The position numbers and the translations under genes are program-made. From positions 643,226 to 707,225 of the forward strand of contig JAFKEU010000004.1 in assembly GCA_017308475.1 (NCBI GenBank): a stretch of 64,000 nucleotides of DNA, written 5' to 3'. A model generated the notes under the pieces. The model saw only the letters and a list, made by a program, of their open reading frames with translations. It made no database searches and was not told where the DNA came from. Shown here piece after piece: positions 1-9,955 of the stretch. Position 1 is the first letter of the stretch; each line of letters opens with the position of its first letter. The stretch comes from Alphaproteobacteria bacterium (GTDB lineage Bacteria; Pseudomonadota; Alphaproteobacteria; Micropepsales; Micropepsaceae).

Positions 1-1
1 C

Positions 2-1264
2 GGGGAAGCCGAAAAAGCCAGCAACACCGGTTGCTGGGCACAGATTTCGGTCGATCCCGAATTGGGCCTGGCCTATCTGGGCATCGAAATCCCGCCGGCC
101 GACGAAGTGGGCATCCATCGCCAGGGGCCAAGCCTGTTCTCGGGCTCGCTGGTGGCAGTCGATCTCCACACCGGCCAGCGCAAATGGCATTTCCAGCTTG
201 TCCATCATGACATCTGGGACCGCGATGTGCCCTGCGCGGCGATCCTGTGCGACATCCCGCACGAGGGAAAAATCGTCAAGGCGCTGGCCCAGCCCAGCAA
301 ACAGGCGTTCCTGTATGTGCTGAACCGCGAAACGGGCGAGCCGATCTGGCCCATCGTGGAGCGCAAGGCGCCGCTGCCCGGCGACGTGCCGGGCGAATGG
401 TATTCGCCCACCCAGCCCATTCCCACGAAACCCGCGCCATACGACGTGCAAGCGGTGACGGCCGACACCATCATCGATTTCACGCCCGAACTGCACGCCA
501 AGGGACTGCAGTTGATCTCCTACTATCGCCATGGCGCGGTCTATACGCCGCCCACGCTGGCGACCTGGTCGGGCAAATGGGGCACGCTGACTTCGCTGGC
601 GACCCAGGGTGGTACCAACTGGGCCGGTGGTTGCTATGACCCCGAAAGCCACATTGTCTATGCTTTCTCCGAGACGACCGTGTCGCCGACCATGATCGTC
701 CCCTCGGTGCCGGGCACATCCGACTATGAATATGTGCGCGCGCGGTCCTTCCCCGTGCCCAAGGGCGCGGTGTCGCCCGACGGCTTCAAGCCCGGCGACG
801 TGACCGTGGACGGCCTGCCGCTGATGAAACCGCCCTACGGACGCATCACCGCCATCGACCTGACGAGCGGCGACTTTGCCTGGCAGATTGCCCATGGCGA
901 GACGCCGGATGAGATCAGGAACCATCCCGCACTGAAGGGCTTGAACATCCCGCGCACCGGCCAGACCGGTCTTATCGGCCCCACCGTCACCAGGTCGCTG
1001 GTGATCTGCGGCGAGCCGCAATTCACCACCACCGCCACCGGCCAGAAGGGCGCCATGCTGCGCGCTTATGACAAGGCGACGGGCGCCGAGCGCGGCGCGG
1101 TCTATATGCCGGCGCCGCAGACCGGCTGCCCCATGACCTACATGCATGAAGGCCGGCAATATATCGTGCTGGCGATCAGTGGCCGCGACCATCCGGGCGA
1201 ACTGATTGCCTACCGCCTGCCGTCCGGCGAGGCGCAGCCGACACCGCGCAGGCGCGGCGCATGA
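2..1264 (+). CDS. PQQ-dependent (quinoprotein) aldose/alcohol dehydrogenase, C-terminal part; 5' end outside window
   Basis: The frame is open from base 2 with no start in the window. It contains the PQQ beta-propeller stretch LVAVDLHTGQRKWHFQLVHHDIWDRDVP and is paralogous to the 3179..5026 gene. Its TGA overlaps the next start (ATGA at 1261-1264). Confidence 0.85.
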   Translation, partial: GEAEKASNTGCWAQISVDPELGLAYLGIEIPPADEVGIHRQGPSLFSGSLVAVDLHTGQRKWHFQLVHHDIWDRDVPCAAILCDIPHEGKIVKALAQPSKQAFLYVLNRETGEPIWPIVERKAPLPGDVPGEWYSPTQPIPTKPAPYDVQAVTADTIIDFTPELHAKGLQLISYYRHGAVYTPPTLATWSGKWGTLTSLATQGGTNWAGGCYDPESHIVYAFSETTVSPTMIVPSVPGTSDYEYVRARSFPVPKGAVSPDGFKPGDVTVDGLPLMKPPYGRITAIDLTSGDFAWQIAHGETPDEIRNHPALKGLNIPRTGQTGLIGPTVTRSLVICGEPQFTTTATGQKGAMLRAYDKATGAERGAVYMPAPQTGCPMTYMHEGRQYIVLAISGRDHPGELIAYRLPSGEAQPTPRRRGA

Positions 1265-2223
1265 AGAGGCTGGCTCTTCTGGCGGCGGCGCTGCTGGCCA
1301 ACGTGGCCAATGCCGCACCCCTTCCCAATCCATATCGCGCACCCGAACGGCACTGGGCCCACCTGCCGGACGGACGGCGCTGGGGCTCCAGCGCAGGGAT
1401 CGAGATCGGCCCCCATGGCGAATTGTGGGCCATCGACCGCTGCGCCGCCAACAGCTGCGACGGCTCTTTCCTGCCGGCCGTCTACCAGCTTGATCCGAAG
1501 ACCGGAAAGCCGATCCGCAGCCTGGGGGCGAAAATGTTCGCCTTCCCTCATGGGCTGCACGTCGACAGGGACGGCAATGTCTGGGTCACTGATCCCGCCG
1601 TGTCCAAGAACGGCAGGATGGGCGAGCAGGTGATCAAGATGACGCCCGCGGGCAAAGTGCTGATGCGCCTGGGCCAGGCCGGAAAATCGGGCGGTGGGCC
1701 AAAGCTGTTCCACGATCCGGGTGACGTGATCACCGCGCCCAATGGCGACATCTTCGTTGCCGACGGCCATGGCACCGTGGCACTGGACCTTCCGCCCGAT
1801 ACCGTCACGCGTATCATCAAGTTCACCCCCGACGGAATGTTCGTCAAGGCGTGGGGCAGCCTGGGTTCGGGCCGCAGCCAGTTCCGCAATCCGCACGCGC
1901 TCGCATTTGATTCCCACGGCCGGCTATTCGTGGCCGATCGCGTCAATGGCCGTATCGAGATCTTCGACCGGGACGGCAAGTACCTGGCCGAATACCATGC
2001 CTTCAACCATCCCAGCGGGCTGTTCATCGACAGCCATGACCGGCTCTATGCCGTGGACTACAACAGCGAAGGGCAGAAGGGCATCTATATCGGAGACGCG
2101 GCGACGGGGAGGCTGGAAGCCTTTGTGCCTGATGATCAGGCCGGCGAAGGCGTGGCGGTGGGACCGGACGACACGATCTATGAGGCCACGCCAGGCGGCA
2201 TCACCCGCTTCCGGAAGAAATAG
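1261..2223 (+). CDS. Secreted NHL-repeat six-bladed beta-propeller protein (possible lactonase/lyase fold)
   Basis: Sec-type leader MKRLALLAAALLANVANA. NHL-like blades are present (NGDIFVADGHG, HGRLFVADRVNGRIEIFDRDGKYL, HDRLYAVDYN). The start overlaps the upstream PQQ dehydrogenase stop (ATGA). Confidence 0.75.
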   Translation: MKRLALLAAALLANVANAAPLPNPYRAPERHWAHLPDGRRWGSSAGIEIGPHGELWAIDRCAANSCDGSFLPAVYQLDPKTGKPIRSLGAKMFAFPHGLHVDRDGNVWVTDPAVSKNGRMGEQVIKMTPAGKVLMRLGQAGKSGGGPKLFHDPGDVITAPNGDIFVADGHGTVALDLPPDTVTRIIKFTPDGMFVKAWGSLGSGRSQFRNPHALAFDSHGRLFVADRVNGRIEIFDRDGKYLAEYHAFNHPSGLFIDSHDRLYAVDYNSEGQKGIYIGDAATGRLEAFVPDDQAGEGVAVGPDDTIYEATPGGITRFRKK

Positions 2224-2237
2224 TCAGCCAAAGAATC

Positions 2238-3182
2238 TCAGGAAGGCTGCGCGCTCTCGCGCGCCGTCCAGCGATAGATCGCCAGCGAATTGCGCCAGAA
2301 ATATTTTTCGGCCCATTCGCGCGGCTTGCCGGCGAAATAGGCGCGCATCAGAGATACCGCCTGGGGGATTGTGGCCGTGCCCACGCTGTTGGGCCAGTCG
2401 CCACCGAACATCACCCGGTCCGGCCCGAAGGCTTTCATCAGCATGTCCAGCCGGTCCCTATGCGCGGCCAGCGATGGATCCAGCGCGGCCGGGCCACCCT
2501 GGTGGATCACCTGGGACAGCTTGATGAAGAAATTCGGGTGCGCCGCAAGCTCGCGGATCAGCGTGTCGTATTCGCTCCGGGTTTCTGGCGCGGGATCGAG
2601 CGAGGGCATGTGATCCATAACCACCCGCAGGTCGGGGGCCGCCTCCATTGCCAGCAGGGCACCGCGCAACAGTTCGAAGGACGGATTGGCCATGTCCAGC
2701 GTCTGGCCCGTGCCGGCCAGGCGCCTCAGCCCATCTGCCATGCCGGGTTTGAGAACCTGTTTACCGTTTTCGACATTCCAGACGCGCGCATGGCGGATGC
2801 CGCGCCATAGCGGGTCTTTCGAGAAGCGGGCCAGATATTGCGGAAAGTCGGGCTGATCGGGCGCGAGGCTGCCGACCACGCCGACAAACAGCGGATCGCT
2901 GCTGGCTCGTTCCAGAATCCACAGATTGTCTTCCACCCAACCGCTGGCCTCGACCACGATGGCGCCGACGATGCCGGCAGGCGTGGCGAGATCGCGATAG
3001 ATCTCCGGCAACGCGAGTTGCGGCGGCTGGCCCTTCGGCCCTGAATAGGGCACGCCCTGTGGGCGGCGCGGATCGAACAAATGGACGTGCGTGTCGATGA
3101 TCGGGACTTCCGGACCAGCCCGTGCCGCGCCGGCGACAAGTGTTGCCGCGGCGCCCGCCATCACATCGCGCCGCCGCATCAT
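2238..3182 (-). CDS. Amidohydrolase_2-family metal-dependent TIM-barrel hydrolase with twin-arginine leader (putative periplasmic lactonase)
   Basis: HxH motif IDTHVHLFD follows directly after the leader MMRRRDVMAGAAATLVAGAARA. The start is set at 3182 because ATGA (3179-3182) overlaps the stop of the upstream PQQ dehydrogenase. The longer 366-aa ORF N-terminus lies inside that gene and is discounted. Confidence 0.8.
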   Translation of the reverse strand: MMRRRDVMAGAAATLVAGAARAGPEVPIIDTHVHLFDPRRPQGVPYSGPKGQPPQLALPEIYRDLATPAGIVGAIVVEASGWVEDNLWILERASSDPLFVGVVGSLAPDQPDFPQYLARFSKDPLWRGIRHARVWNVENGKQVLKPGMADGLRRLAGTGQTLDMANPSFELLRGALLAMEAAPDLRVVMDHMPSLDPAPETRSEYDTLIRELAAHPNFFIKLSQVIHQGGPAALDPSLAAHRDRLDMLMKAFGPDRVMFGGDWPNSVGTATIPQAVSLMRAYFAGKPREWAEKYFWRNSLAIYRWTARESAQPS

Positions 3183-5026
3183 TTCTCCTCTGGCAACGCA
3201 AAGGCGATCACATCGTCGGCCCCGGCGGGATCGCCCCAGAAGCCGCCAGTGAACACCCCGCCCACATATTGCCGCCCGCTCTTGCCGCGCCAGGTGAGCG
3301 GCGTGCCATAGAGAGAGGCGGGCACCTTCACACTCCAAAGCTCCTTGCCGGTCTTCGTATCGAAGGCCCGCAAGCGCCGGTCATCGGTGGAACCGATGAA
3401 GATCAGCCCGCCCGCCGTGGTGATCGGCCCGCCCATGTTGGGCCGACCTGTGTCAGGGTTTGCCAGGCCATCGGTCACGCCCAGATTGTGCCGCCATACG
3501 ACCTGGCCGGTATTGACGTTCACCGCATAGAGGCTGCCCCAGGGCGGTACCTGGCAGGGCATGTGGCTCACCTTGTCCCAGAACCACTGATAGCCGTCAC
3601 GCAGGTTATAGGTGCCGTCCGCCTCGCGCTTCATCACCTGGGGCGACGCCATGTCGGTGCTGTTGACGATGTAATAGCCGGTGGCGGGATCGAAGCTGGC
3701 ATGGCTCCAGTCGACGCCGCCCCAGCTTCCCGGAAAGCGCGCCACCCCGGAATCGGCGCGCTGCGGCTGGAAGAAGCTGCCATCGACAATGTTCATGTCC
3801 CTGATGATCCTGTTGCAGCCTTCTGTCTGCTGCGGTGCCAGGTTGGCCAACTCGCTCATCTTGAAGGATGTGCGGCCCAACGGCGGCGTCACCGACATGG
3901 GCTGGGTGGATGACGGGCTTTCGCCGACCAGGTCGGTGTCGGTGGGCACCGGCACTTCGCGGATATCGAAGATGGGCTTTCCCGTCACGCGGTCCAGCAG
4001 AAACAGCAGGCTGGCCTTGCTCATCACCGCGATAGCGGGAATGGTGCGGCCGCCCTTCTTCACATCGACCAGCGTGGTCAGCGGCAGGTCATAGTCCCAC
4101 AGATCCTGATGCACCGCCTGGAAGTGCCACAGATATTTTCCCGTCGCCGCATCCACCGCCACCAGCGAATTGGAGAAAAGCGAAGGTCCCTTCCGGTCGC
4201 CGCCATACTGGTCGAAGGTCGGCGCACCAAAAGGCAGATAGGCGATGCCGCGTTTGGCATCCAGCGACAGCCCCACCCAGACATTGACGCCGGAGCGTTT
4301 CTCCCAGCTGTCGCCGTCCCATGTGCCGTGGAATTTCTCGCCCGGCTGGGGCACGCCGTTGAAGTGCCAGACCTCGCGCCCCGTCCGCACGTCGAAGGCC
4401 CGCACCTGACCCGAGGCACCTTTGGCCGGAATCTCCTGGGTGCGCGAACCAGTGATGACCAGGTTCCTGTAGATCACGGGCGCCGAGGTGACGCCGAAAT
4501 AGGCGTGTTCGAAGCCCTGCATCACCCTGGGCGATTTCAGGTCGATCACGCCGTCCGCGCCAAAGCCGCTGGCGGGCGCACCGGTCTTGGCATCAAGCGC
4601 AATCATCAACCCCGCACGGGTGCCGAACACGATTCGCGGGGCAAGCCCGCCGCCACCCGGCCACCAGGCGACGCCGCGCGTGGCAGGCTGGTCGCCGCCA
4701 GGCACATGATACGCCCATCGTTCCTTGCCCGTCTCCGCGTCCAGCGCCAGCACCCGCCCGTAAGGGGTGGAGACAAACATTACGCCATCCACCACGATGG
4801 GCGTGTTCTCTGAGGCAGCGAATTTCCCTGTTACGTCTGCAGGACGCATGTGGAACGTCCAAACGGGCTTCAGGCGTGCGACATTTGCGGGCGTGATCTG
4901 GCTGAGCGGGGAATGGCGGGTTTCGCCATAGTCATGGCCATAGGTGCGCCATTCCTGATCGGCCGGCGCGGCCAATGCCGGTGCGGCAGCCACAAGAATG
5001 GCAACACCGAAAATGCCTGTTCGCAT
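3179..5026 (-). CDS. Soluble periplasmic PQQ-dependent dehydrogenase (glucose/aldose dehydrogenase-like)
   Basis: Signal peptide [22 protein letters not shown]. PQQ propeller signatures include [28 protein letters not shown] and WGGVDW. No N-terminal multi-TM anchor. Start taken at the ATG at 5026, preceded by GGGGAAAGG. Confidence 0.9.
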   Translation of the reverse strand: [615 protein letters not shown]

Positions 5027-5107
5027 CCTTTCCCCTCGCCCGCGCGTCTTCTTGGCGACGGGGCAACTAGGCCGCAAAAACCTGCGGAGGGCAATTGCGA
5101 GAAGAGA

Positions 5108-6103
5108 TCAGGGCACCAGCACGGCCGCGCCCTCGAAGCGCCCGGCACGCAGATCCTCCAGCGCCTGGTTGGCCTTTTGCAGCGGATAGGCGGTTGTGCG
5201 GGTGCGGATGCCCACCCGGGGCGCCAGGGCCAGGAAATCCAGCCCGTCCTGCCGCGTCAGGTTGGCGACCGAGACAAGCTGGCGTTCCTCCCACAGCAAG
5301 TCATAGGAGAAGGCGGGAATTGGGCTCATGTGAATGCCGGCACAAACGACGCGCCCGCCCTTCTTCACGCACTTGAGCGCCTGCGGCACCAGCGCGCCCA
5401 CTGGCGCATAGATGATGGCCGCATCCAGCAATTCGGGCGGCATCTCGTCAGAGCCGCCGGCCCAGGCCGCGCCCAGGCTGACGGCGAAGCTTTGGCCCTT
5501 CGCATCGCCCCGCTGGGTGAAAGCGTAAACCCGGCGCCCCTGCCAACGCGCCACCTGGGCAATGATATGCGCCGCCGCGCCAAAGCCGTAAAGCCCGATC
5601 GCTTGGGCCTCGCCCGCCATCACCAGCGAGCGCCAGCCGATCAAACCGGCGCACAGAAGCGGCGCCAGCGCCACATCGTCCCCCGCCTCACCCTCGATCT
5701 CTTTCAGGGGAAAGGCATAGGCCGCATCGGCCAGCGCATGAGTGGCAAATCCGCCGTCGCGGGTATAGCCGGTAAAGAGCGGATCATCGCACAGATTCTC
5801 CCGCCCGCTACGGCAATAGAGGCACACGCCGCAGGTATGGCCCAGCCAGGGAATGCCCACCCGCATGCCGGGATGAAGCGTATCCACGCCCGCACCGACC
5901 TGCTCGATCCGTCCAACGATCTCGTGGCCGGGAACGATGGGCAGCTTCGGATGGGTCAGCTCGCCATCCACCACATGCAGGTCGGTGCGGCATACCCCGC
6001 AGGCCGTCACTTTCACGGTGACCTGACCGGGTCCCGCAACGGGATCGGGCAGTTCAACCCATTCCAGCGGAGTTCGGGGCTGGTTCAGGACCATCGCATG
6101 CAT
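5108..6103 (-). CDS. Zinc-dependent alcohol dehydrogenase (MDR family)
   Basis: Catalytic and structural Zn motifs are present (CGVCRTDLHVVDGE, GHEIVGRI, and a Cys cluster CGVCLYCRSGRENLC), together with a Rossmann GxGxxG-like segment LYGFGAAAH. Confidence 0.9.
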   Translation of the reverse strand: MHAMVLNQPRTPLEWVELPDPVAGPGQVTVKVTACGVCRTDLHVVDGELTHPKLPIVPGHEIVGRIEQVGAGVDTLHPGMRVGIPWLGHTCGVCLYCRSGRENLCDDPLFTGYTRDGGFATHALADAAYAFPLKEIEGEAGDDVALAPLLCAGLIGWRSLVMAGEAQAIGLYGFGAAAHIIAQVARWQGRRVYAFTQRGDAKGQSFAVSLGAAWAGGSDEMPPELLDAAIIYAPVGALVPQALKCVKKGGRVVCAGIHMSPIPAFSYDLLWEERQLVSVANLTRQDGLDFLALAPRVGIRTRTTAYPLQKANQALEDLRAGRFEGAAVLVP

Positions 6104-6143
6104 GCGAATCCTCCTGGGAAACGGTCAGGACGTTGCGCGCCCC

Positions 6144-6530
6144 TCAGGACGAATGCAGCGTGGCGCCGGGCACCAGCATTTTGCCGCTATGGCCGGGGCG
6201 GATGTTCAGATAGCTGCTGCTCATGATTCCCGAGTTGACCGCCAGAGTCGAATCGCTGGGGATGGGTATGCCCTGGCGGATGTTCATGCTGACATCCACG
6301 CGATAGCCGCCATGCTTGAGGGTCAGGCCGGTGATGGTACCAACCTTGACGCCAGAGATGCGCACATCGGCGCCCGCCTTCAGGCTGTCGACACGTCTCA
6401 TCTCGGCATTGAGGGGATAGGAGCTGAGGCCACCGATGCCGGTCTGGAGCCGCATATAGACCAGAAAGCCCACGGCAACGCAGAGGATGGCAGCCCCCAG
6501 GACGAGATCGAAGAAACTGTGATTGCGCAT
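6144..6530 (-). CDS. mlaD: MlaD/MCE-domain protein (outer-membrane lipid asymmetry maintenance, short alphaproteobacterial form)
   Basis: N-terminal TM anchor (FFDLVLGAAILCVAVGFLVYM) followed by an MCE-domain-like segment (VDSLKAGADVRISGVKVGTITGL). Start at MRNHS (ATG at 6530). No mlaE/mlaF genes are adjacent. Confidence 0.7.
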   Translation of the reverse strand: MRNHSFFDLVLGAAILCVAVGFLVYMRLQTGIGGLSSYPLNAEMRRVDSLKAGADVRISGVKVGTITGLTLKHGGYRVDVSMNIRQGIPIPSDSTLAVNSGIMSSSYLNIRPGHSGKMLVPGATLHSS

Positions 6531-6642
6531 GAAAATCCCGGCAGGAAGTTGGGCGCATGATACCGCGCCCGGCCCCGGCCATGTCAAATCCGCCTCACGG
6601 TCCGATGGCGCGGCCCCCCGCTAACCGGCTAGGATCGCGCGC

Positions 6643-7845
6643 ATGAGCGCCGAGCCGCCAGCACCCGCAATTGAGGACGCCAGTTTCGACTGGACGGACC
6701 CACTGCTGCTCGGTTCCGAACTGACCGGCGAGGAGCGCATGGTCCGGGACGCCGCGGCAGCCTTTGCGCGCGAGGTGCTTGTCCCCCGCGTGCGCGAGGA
6801 CTTCCGCCATGAACGGTTCGACCGCGCCCTGTTCGCGCAGATGGGTGCACGTGGCCTGCTGGGCATGACGTTGCCGGAAGCCCTGGGCGGTGCGGGTCTG
6901 AATTACGTCGCCTATGGCCTGGCGGCGCGGGAGATCGAGCGCATCGATTCCGGCTACCGCTCGGCCTTCAGCGTCCAGAACTCGCTGGTGATGCATCCCA
7001 TCTTCGCCTTCGGCAGCGACGTGCAGAAGCGCCGCTGCCTGCCCAGGCTGGCCAGCGGCGAATGGGTGGGCTGCTTCGGCCTGACCGAGCCAGACCATGG
7101 CTCCGATCCCGGCGGCATGACCACACGCGCGGTGGCGGACGGCGCGGGGTTCCGCCTGAACGGTACCAAGACCTGGATCACCAACGCGCCCATCGCCGAC
7201 CTGGCAGTGGTGTGGGCAAAACTGGACGGCGTGATCCGCGGCTTCCTGGTGGAGCGTGGGACGGAAGGATTTTCCACGCCCGGGATAGAGGGCAAATTCT
7301 CGCTGCGCGCCTCGGCTACCGGCGAGATCGTTCTGGCCGACGCCTTCGTACCCGCCGATGCGCTCCTGCCAGACGCAGCGGGGCTTTCCGGTCCCTTCGC
7401 GTGCCTGAACCGTGCGCGCTATGGCATAGCCTGGGGCACGATGGGCGCGGCCGACGCCTGCTGGATGGCAGCGCGTAACTATGTGCTGGAACGCAAACAG
7501 TTCGGGCGCCCGTTGGCCGCAAACCAGCTTATCCAGAAAAAGCTGGCCGACATGCAAACCGAGATCGCGCTCGGTCTTGGCGGAGCGCTGCGACTTGGCC
7601 GGATGATCGAACAGGGCACCGCCGCCCCGCCCGCCATCTCGCTGATGAAGCGCAACAATTGCGGCAAGGCGCTGGATATCGCACGCGCCGCCCGCGACAT
7701 GCTGGGAGGCAACGGCATTTCCGACGAATATCCGGTGATCCGCCATGTGCTGAACCTGGAGGCGGTCAACACCTATGAGGGCACTCACGACGTCCACGCC
7801 CTGATCCTGGGGCGGGCGCAGACGGGCATTCAGGCATTCACGTGA
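6643..7845 (+). CDS. gcdH: Glutaryl-CoA dehydrogenase (acyl-CoA dehydrogenase family)
   Basis: 400 aa with the N-terminus [24 protein letters not shown] typical of GcdH. ACAD middle and C-terminal domains are present ([27 protein letters not shown]). Confidence 0.85.
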   Translation: MSAEPPAPAIEDASFDWTDPLLLGSELTGEERMVRDAAAAFAREVLVPRVREDFRHERFDRALFAQMGARGLLGMTLPEALGGAGLNYVAYGLAAREIERIDSGYRSAFSVQNSLVMHPIFAFGSDVQKRRCLPRLASGEWVGCFGLTEPDHGSDPGGMTTRAVADGAGFRLNGTKTWITNAPIADLAVVWAKLDGVIRGFLVERGTEGFSTPGIEGKFSLRASATGEIVLADAFVPADALLPDAAGLSGPFACLNRARYGIAWGTMGAADACWMAARNYVLERKQFGRPLAANQLIQKKLADMQTEIALGLGGALRLGRMIEQGTAAPPAISLMKRNNCGKALDIARAARDMLGGNGISDEYPVIRHVLNLEAVNTYEGTHDVHALILGRAQTGIQAFT

Positions 7846-8960
7846 ACGCGCGCCCTCTTGCCGGCCTGAAGGTGCTGGAATTGTCGCGCATCCTGGCGGG
7901 GCCCTGGGCCTGCCAGATGCTGGCCGACCTGGGCGCCGACGTGATCAAGGTGGAACAGCCCGGCAAGGGCGACGAGACGCGCCATTGGGGACCGCCCTTC
8001 ATCGGCGCCGACGCCGCCTATTTTCATGCCGCAAACCGCGGCAAGCGCTCCATCGCGCTGGATCTTGCCAGCGCCCGTGGACAGCAGGTGATACGCGCAC
8101 TGGCGGCCCGCAGCGACGTGCTGGTGGAGAATTTCCGCGTTGGCGCGCTAAAGCAATTCGGGCTGGATCATGAAAGCGTGAAAGCCGCAGCGCCGCGGCT
8201 GGTCTGGTGCTCGATTACCGGCTTTGGACAGGACGGGCCATATGCCCATCGCCCGGGCTTCGACGCCATCATCCAGGCCATGGGCGGGCTGATGAGCATC
8301 ACCGGCGAAAAGGGCGCACCGCAAAAGGTGGGCGTGGCCATCGCCGACATCCTGACCGGCGTCTACGCCGTGGCCGCAATCGAGGCTGCGCTTTTGGAAC
8401 GGCAGCACACCGGCATGGGGTCCCATATCGACATGGCGCTGATGGACGTGCAGGTGGCTATGCTGGCGAACCAGGCGATGAACTATCTTGCGTCCGGCAT
8501 ACCGCCTGCCGCGATGGGCTCAAGCCATCCCAACATCGTGCCTTACCAACCCTTTGCCACGAAGGATGGCGCGGTGATGGTGGCAGCCGGCACCGATGGG
8601 CAATACCGCGCCTTCTGTGCCGTTCTGGGGGCGGACGGCCTGGCATCCGATCCGCGCTTCCAAGCCAATGCCGGACGCGTGGCGGCGCGCGATGAACTGG
8701 TTCCTGCGCTGGCGGCACATGTGGCGGCATGGGACCGCAGCACCCTGCTGGCGGCACTGGAAGCGGCGGGCGTGCCGGCGGGCCCGGTCAACGACATCGC
8801 CCAGGTCTTTGCCGATCCCCAGGTGATCCATCGCGCAATGCGGACGGATGCGGGTGTGCGTACGCCCATCATGCTGGATGGACTGGTCGCAACCAGCGGC
8901 CGCCCGGCCCCGGCACTCGGCCAGCACACCGACGAGATATTGCGCGAATTGGGGCTTTAA
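7842..8960 (+). CDS. Family III (CaiB/BaiF) CoA-transferase, likely glutarate/dicarboxylate CoA-transferase
   Basis: N-terminal signature [38 protein letters not shown] overlap with gcdH (7842-7845) suggests co-translation. Confidence 0.85.
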   Translation: MNARPLAGLKVLELSRILAGPWACQMLADLGADVIKVEQPGKGDETRHWGPPFIGADAAYFHAANRGKRSIALDLASARGQQVIRALAARSDVLVENFRVGALKQFGLDHESVKAAAPRLVWCSITGFGQDGPYAHRPGFDAIIQAMGGLMSITGEKGAPQKVGVAIADILTGVYAVAAIEAALLERQHTGMGSHIDMALMDVQVAMLANQAMNYLASGIPPAAMGSSHPNIVPYQPFATKDGAVMVAAGTDGQYRAFCAVLGADGLASDPRFQANAGRVAARDELVPALAAHVAAWDRSTLLAALEAAGVPAGPVNDIAQVFADPQVIHRAMRTDAGVRTPIMLDGLVATSGRPAPALGQHTDEILRELGL

Positions 8961-8974
8961 CGAAGGGGATATCC

Positions 8975-9844
8975 ATGGCCATCGACTGCGACCGCTTCCG
9001 CGTGGAGGAAGGCAAGAAGATCGACCTGGGCGAGTGGCCGACACGGGTCAAGCCGGTCTACAAGTCCAGGAAACATTATGAGGAGATGCTGGCCGAGCAT
9101 GTGGCGCGGCTGGATGAGCAGCAACAGCTTCTCTATGCCTCGGACAGCTATGCGCTGCTCGTGATCTTCCAGGCGATGGACGCCGCCGGCAAGGATGGGG
9201 CGATCCGCCATGTGATGTCGGGCGTCAATCCGCAGGGCTGCCAGGTCTTCAGCTTCAAACATCCCAGCATCAGCGAGCTGCAGCATGATTTCCTGTGGCG
9301 CACCACGCGCGACCTGCCGGAGCGCGGCCGCATCGGCATCTTCAATCGCTCGTATTACGAAGAGGTTCTGGTGGTACGGGTGCATCCCGAAATCCTGCGC
9401 AGCGAGGGACTGCCCGGCGCACCGAAAGATGACCAGAAGCTCTGGCATGGCCGCTACCGTTCGATCAACGATCTGGAGAAGCACCTGACACGCAACGGTA
9501 CGCGCATCGTAAAATTCTTCCTGCACCTGTCCAAGGACGAACAACGCAAGCGCTTCCTGGCCCGCATCGATGAACCTGAGAAAAACTGGAAATTCAGCAC
9601 CGCCGACATAGAGGAGCGCAAATTCTGGAAGCAGTATATGCACGCCTATGAGCAATGCCTGTCGAACACCAGCACAGATGAGGCGCCCTGGTATGCCGTG
9701 CCCGCCGACGACAAGGAGAATGCGCGCCTGATCGTCTCGCAGGTCATCGTTGAGGCGCTGGAAAGCCTGAAGATGCGCTATCCGCAGACCAGCGACGCAC
9801 GCAAGCGCGAGCTGCAGCAGATCCGGCGCCGCCTAGAGAAATGA
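8975..9844 (+). CDS. ppk2: Polyphosphate kinase 2 family protein
   Basis: PPK2 core [47 protein letters not shown] at 8975 follows the CoA-transferase stop. The ORF-track N-terminus (from 8729) overlaps the previous gene. Confidence 0.9.
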   Translation: MAIDCDRFRVEEGKKIDLGEWPTRVKPVYKSRKHYEEMLAEHVARLDEQQQLLYASDSYALLVIFQAMDAAGKDGAIRHVMSGVNPQGCQVFSFKHPSISELQHDFLWRTTRDLPERGRIGIFNRSYYEEVLVVRVHPEILRSEGLPGAPKDDQKLWHGRYRSINDLEKHLTRNGTRIVKFFLHLSKDEQRKRFLARIDEPEKNWKFSTADIEERKFWKQYMHAYEQCLSNTSTDEAPWYAVPADDKENARLIVSQVIVEALESLKMRYPQTSDARKRELQQIRRRLEK

Positions 9845-9955
9845 CGGCTGACGATGGGGCCGCCGTCGGGCTGGCTGACATGTGCCGCGCCAGGCTATAG
9901 GCTCGCTATCAGTTTGGACAAAAATGGCGCCCGGCGGGCGGATGGGGAGGCAAGG

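Noticed and set aside
6595-7797. 400-aa minus-strand ORF lying almost exactly antisense to gcdH (also 400 aa).
   Set aside because: The translated sequence is Arg/Ala/Gly/His-rich with no recognisable motifs, while the plus-strand frame is an unmistakable acyl-CoA dehydrogenase. Long stop-free antisense frames are expected in high-GC coding DNA.
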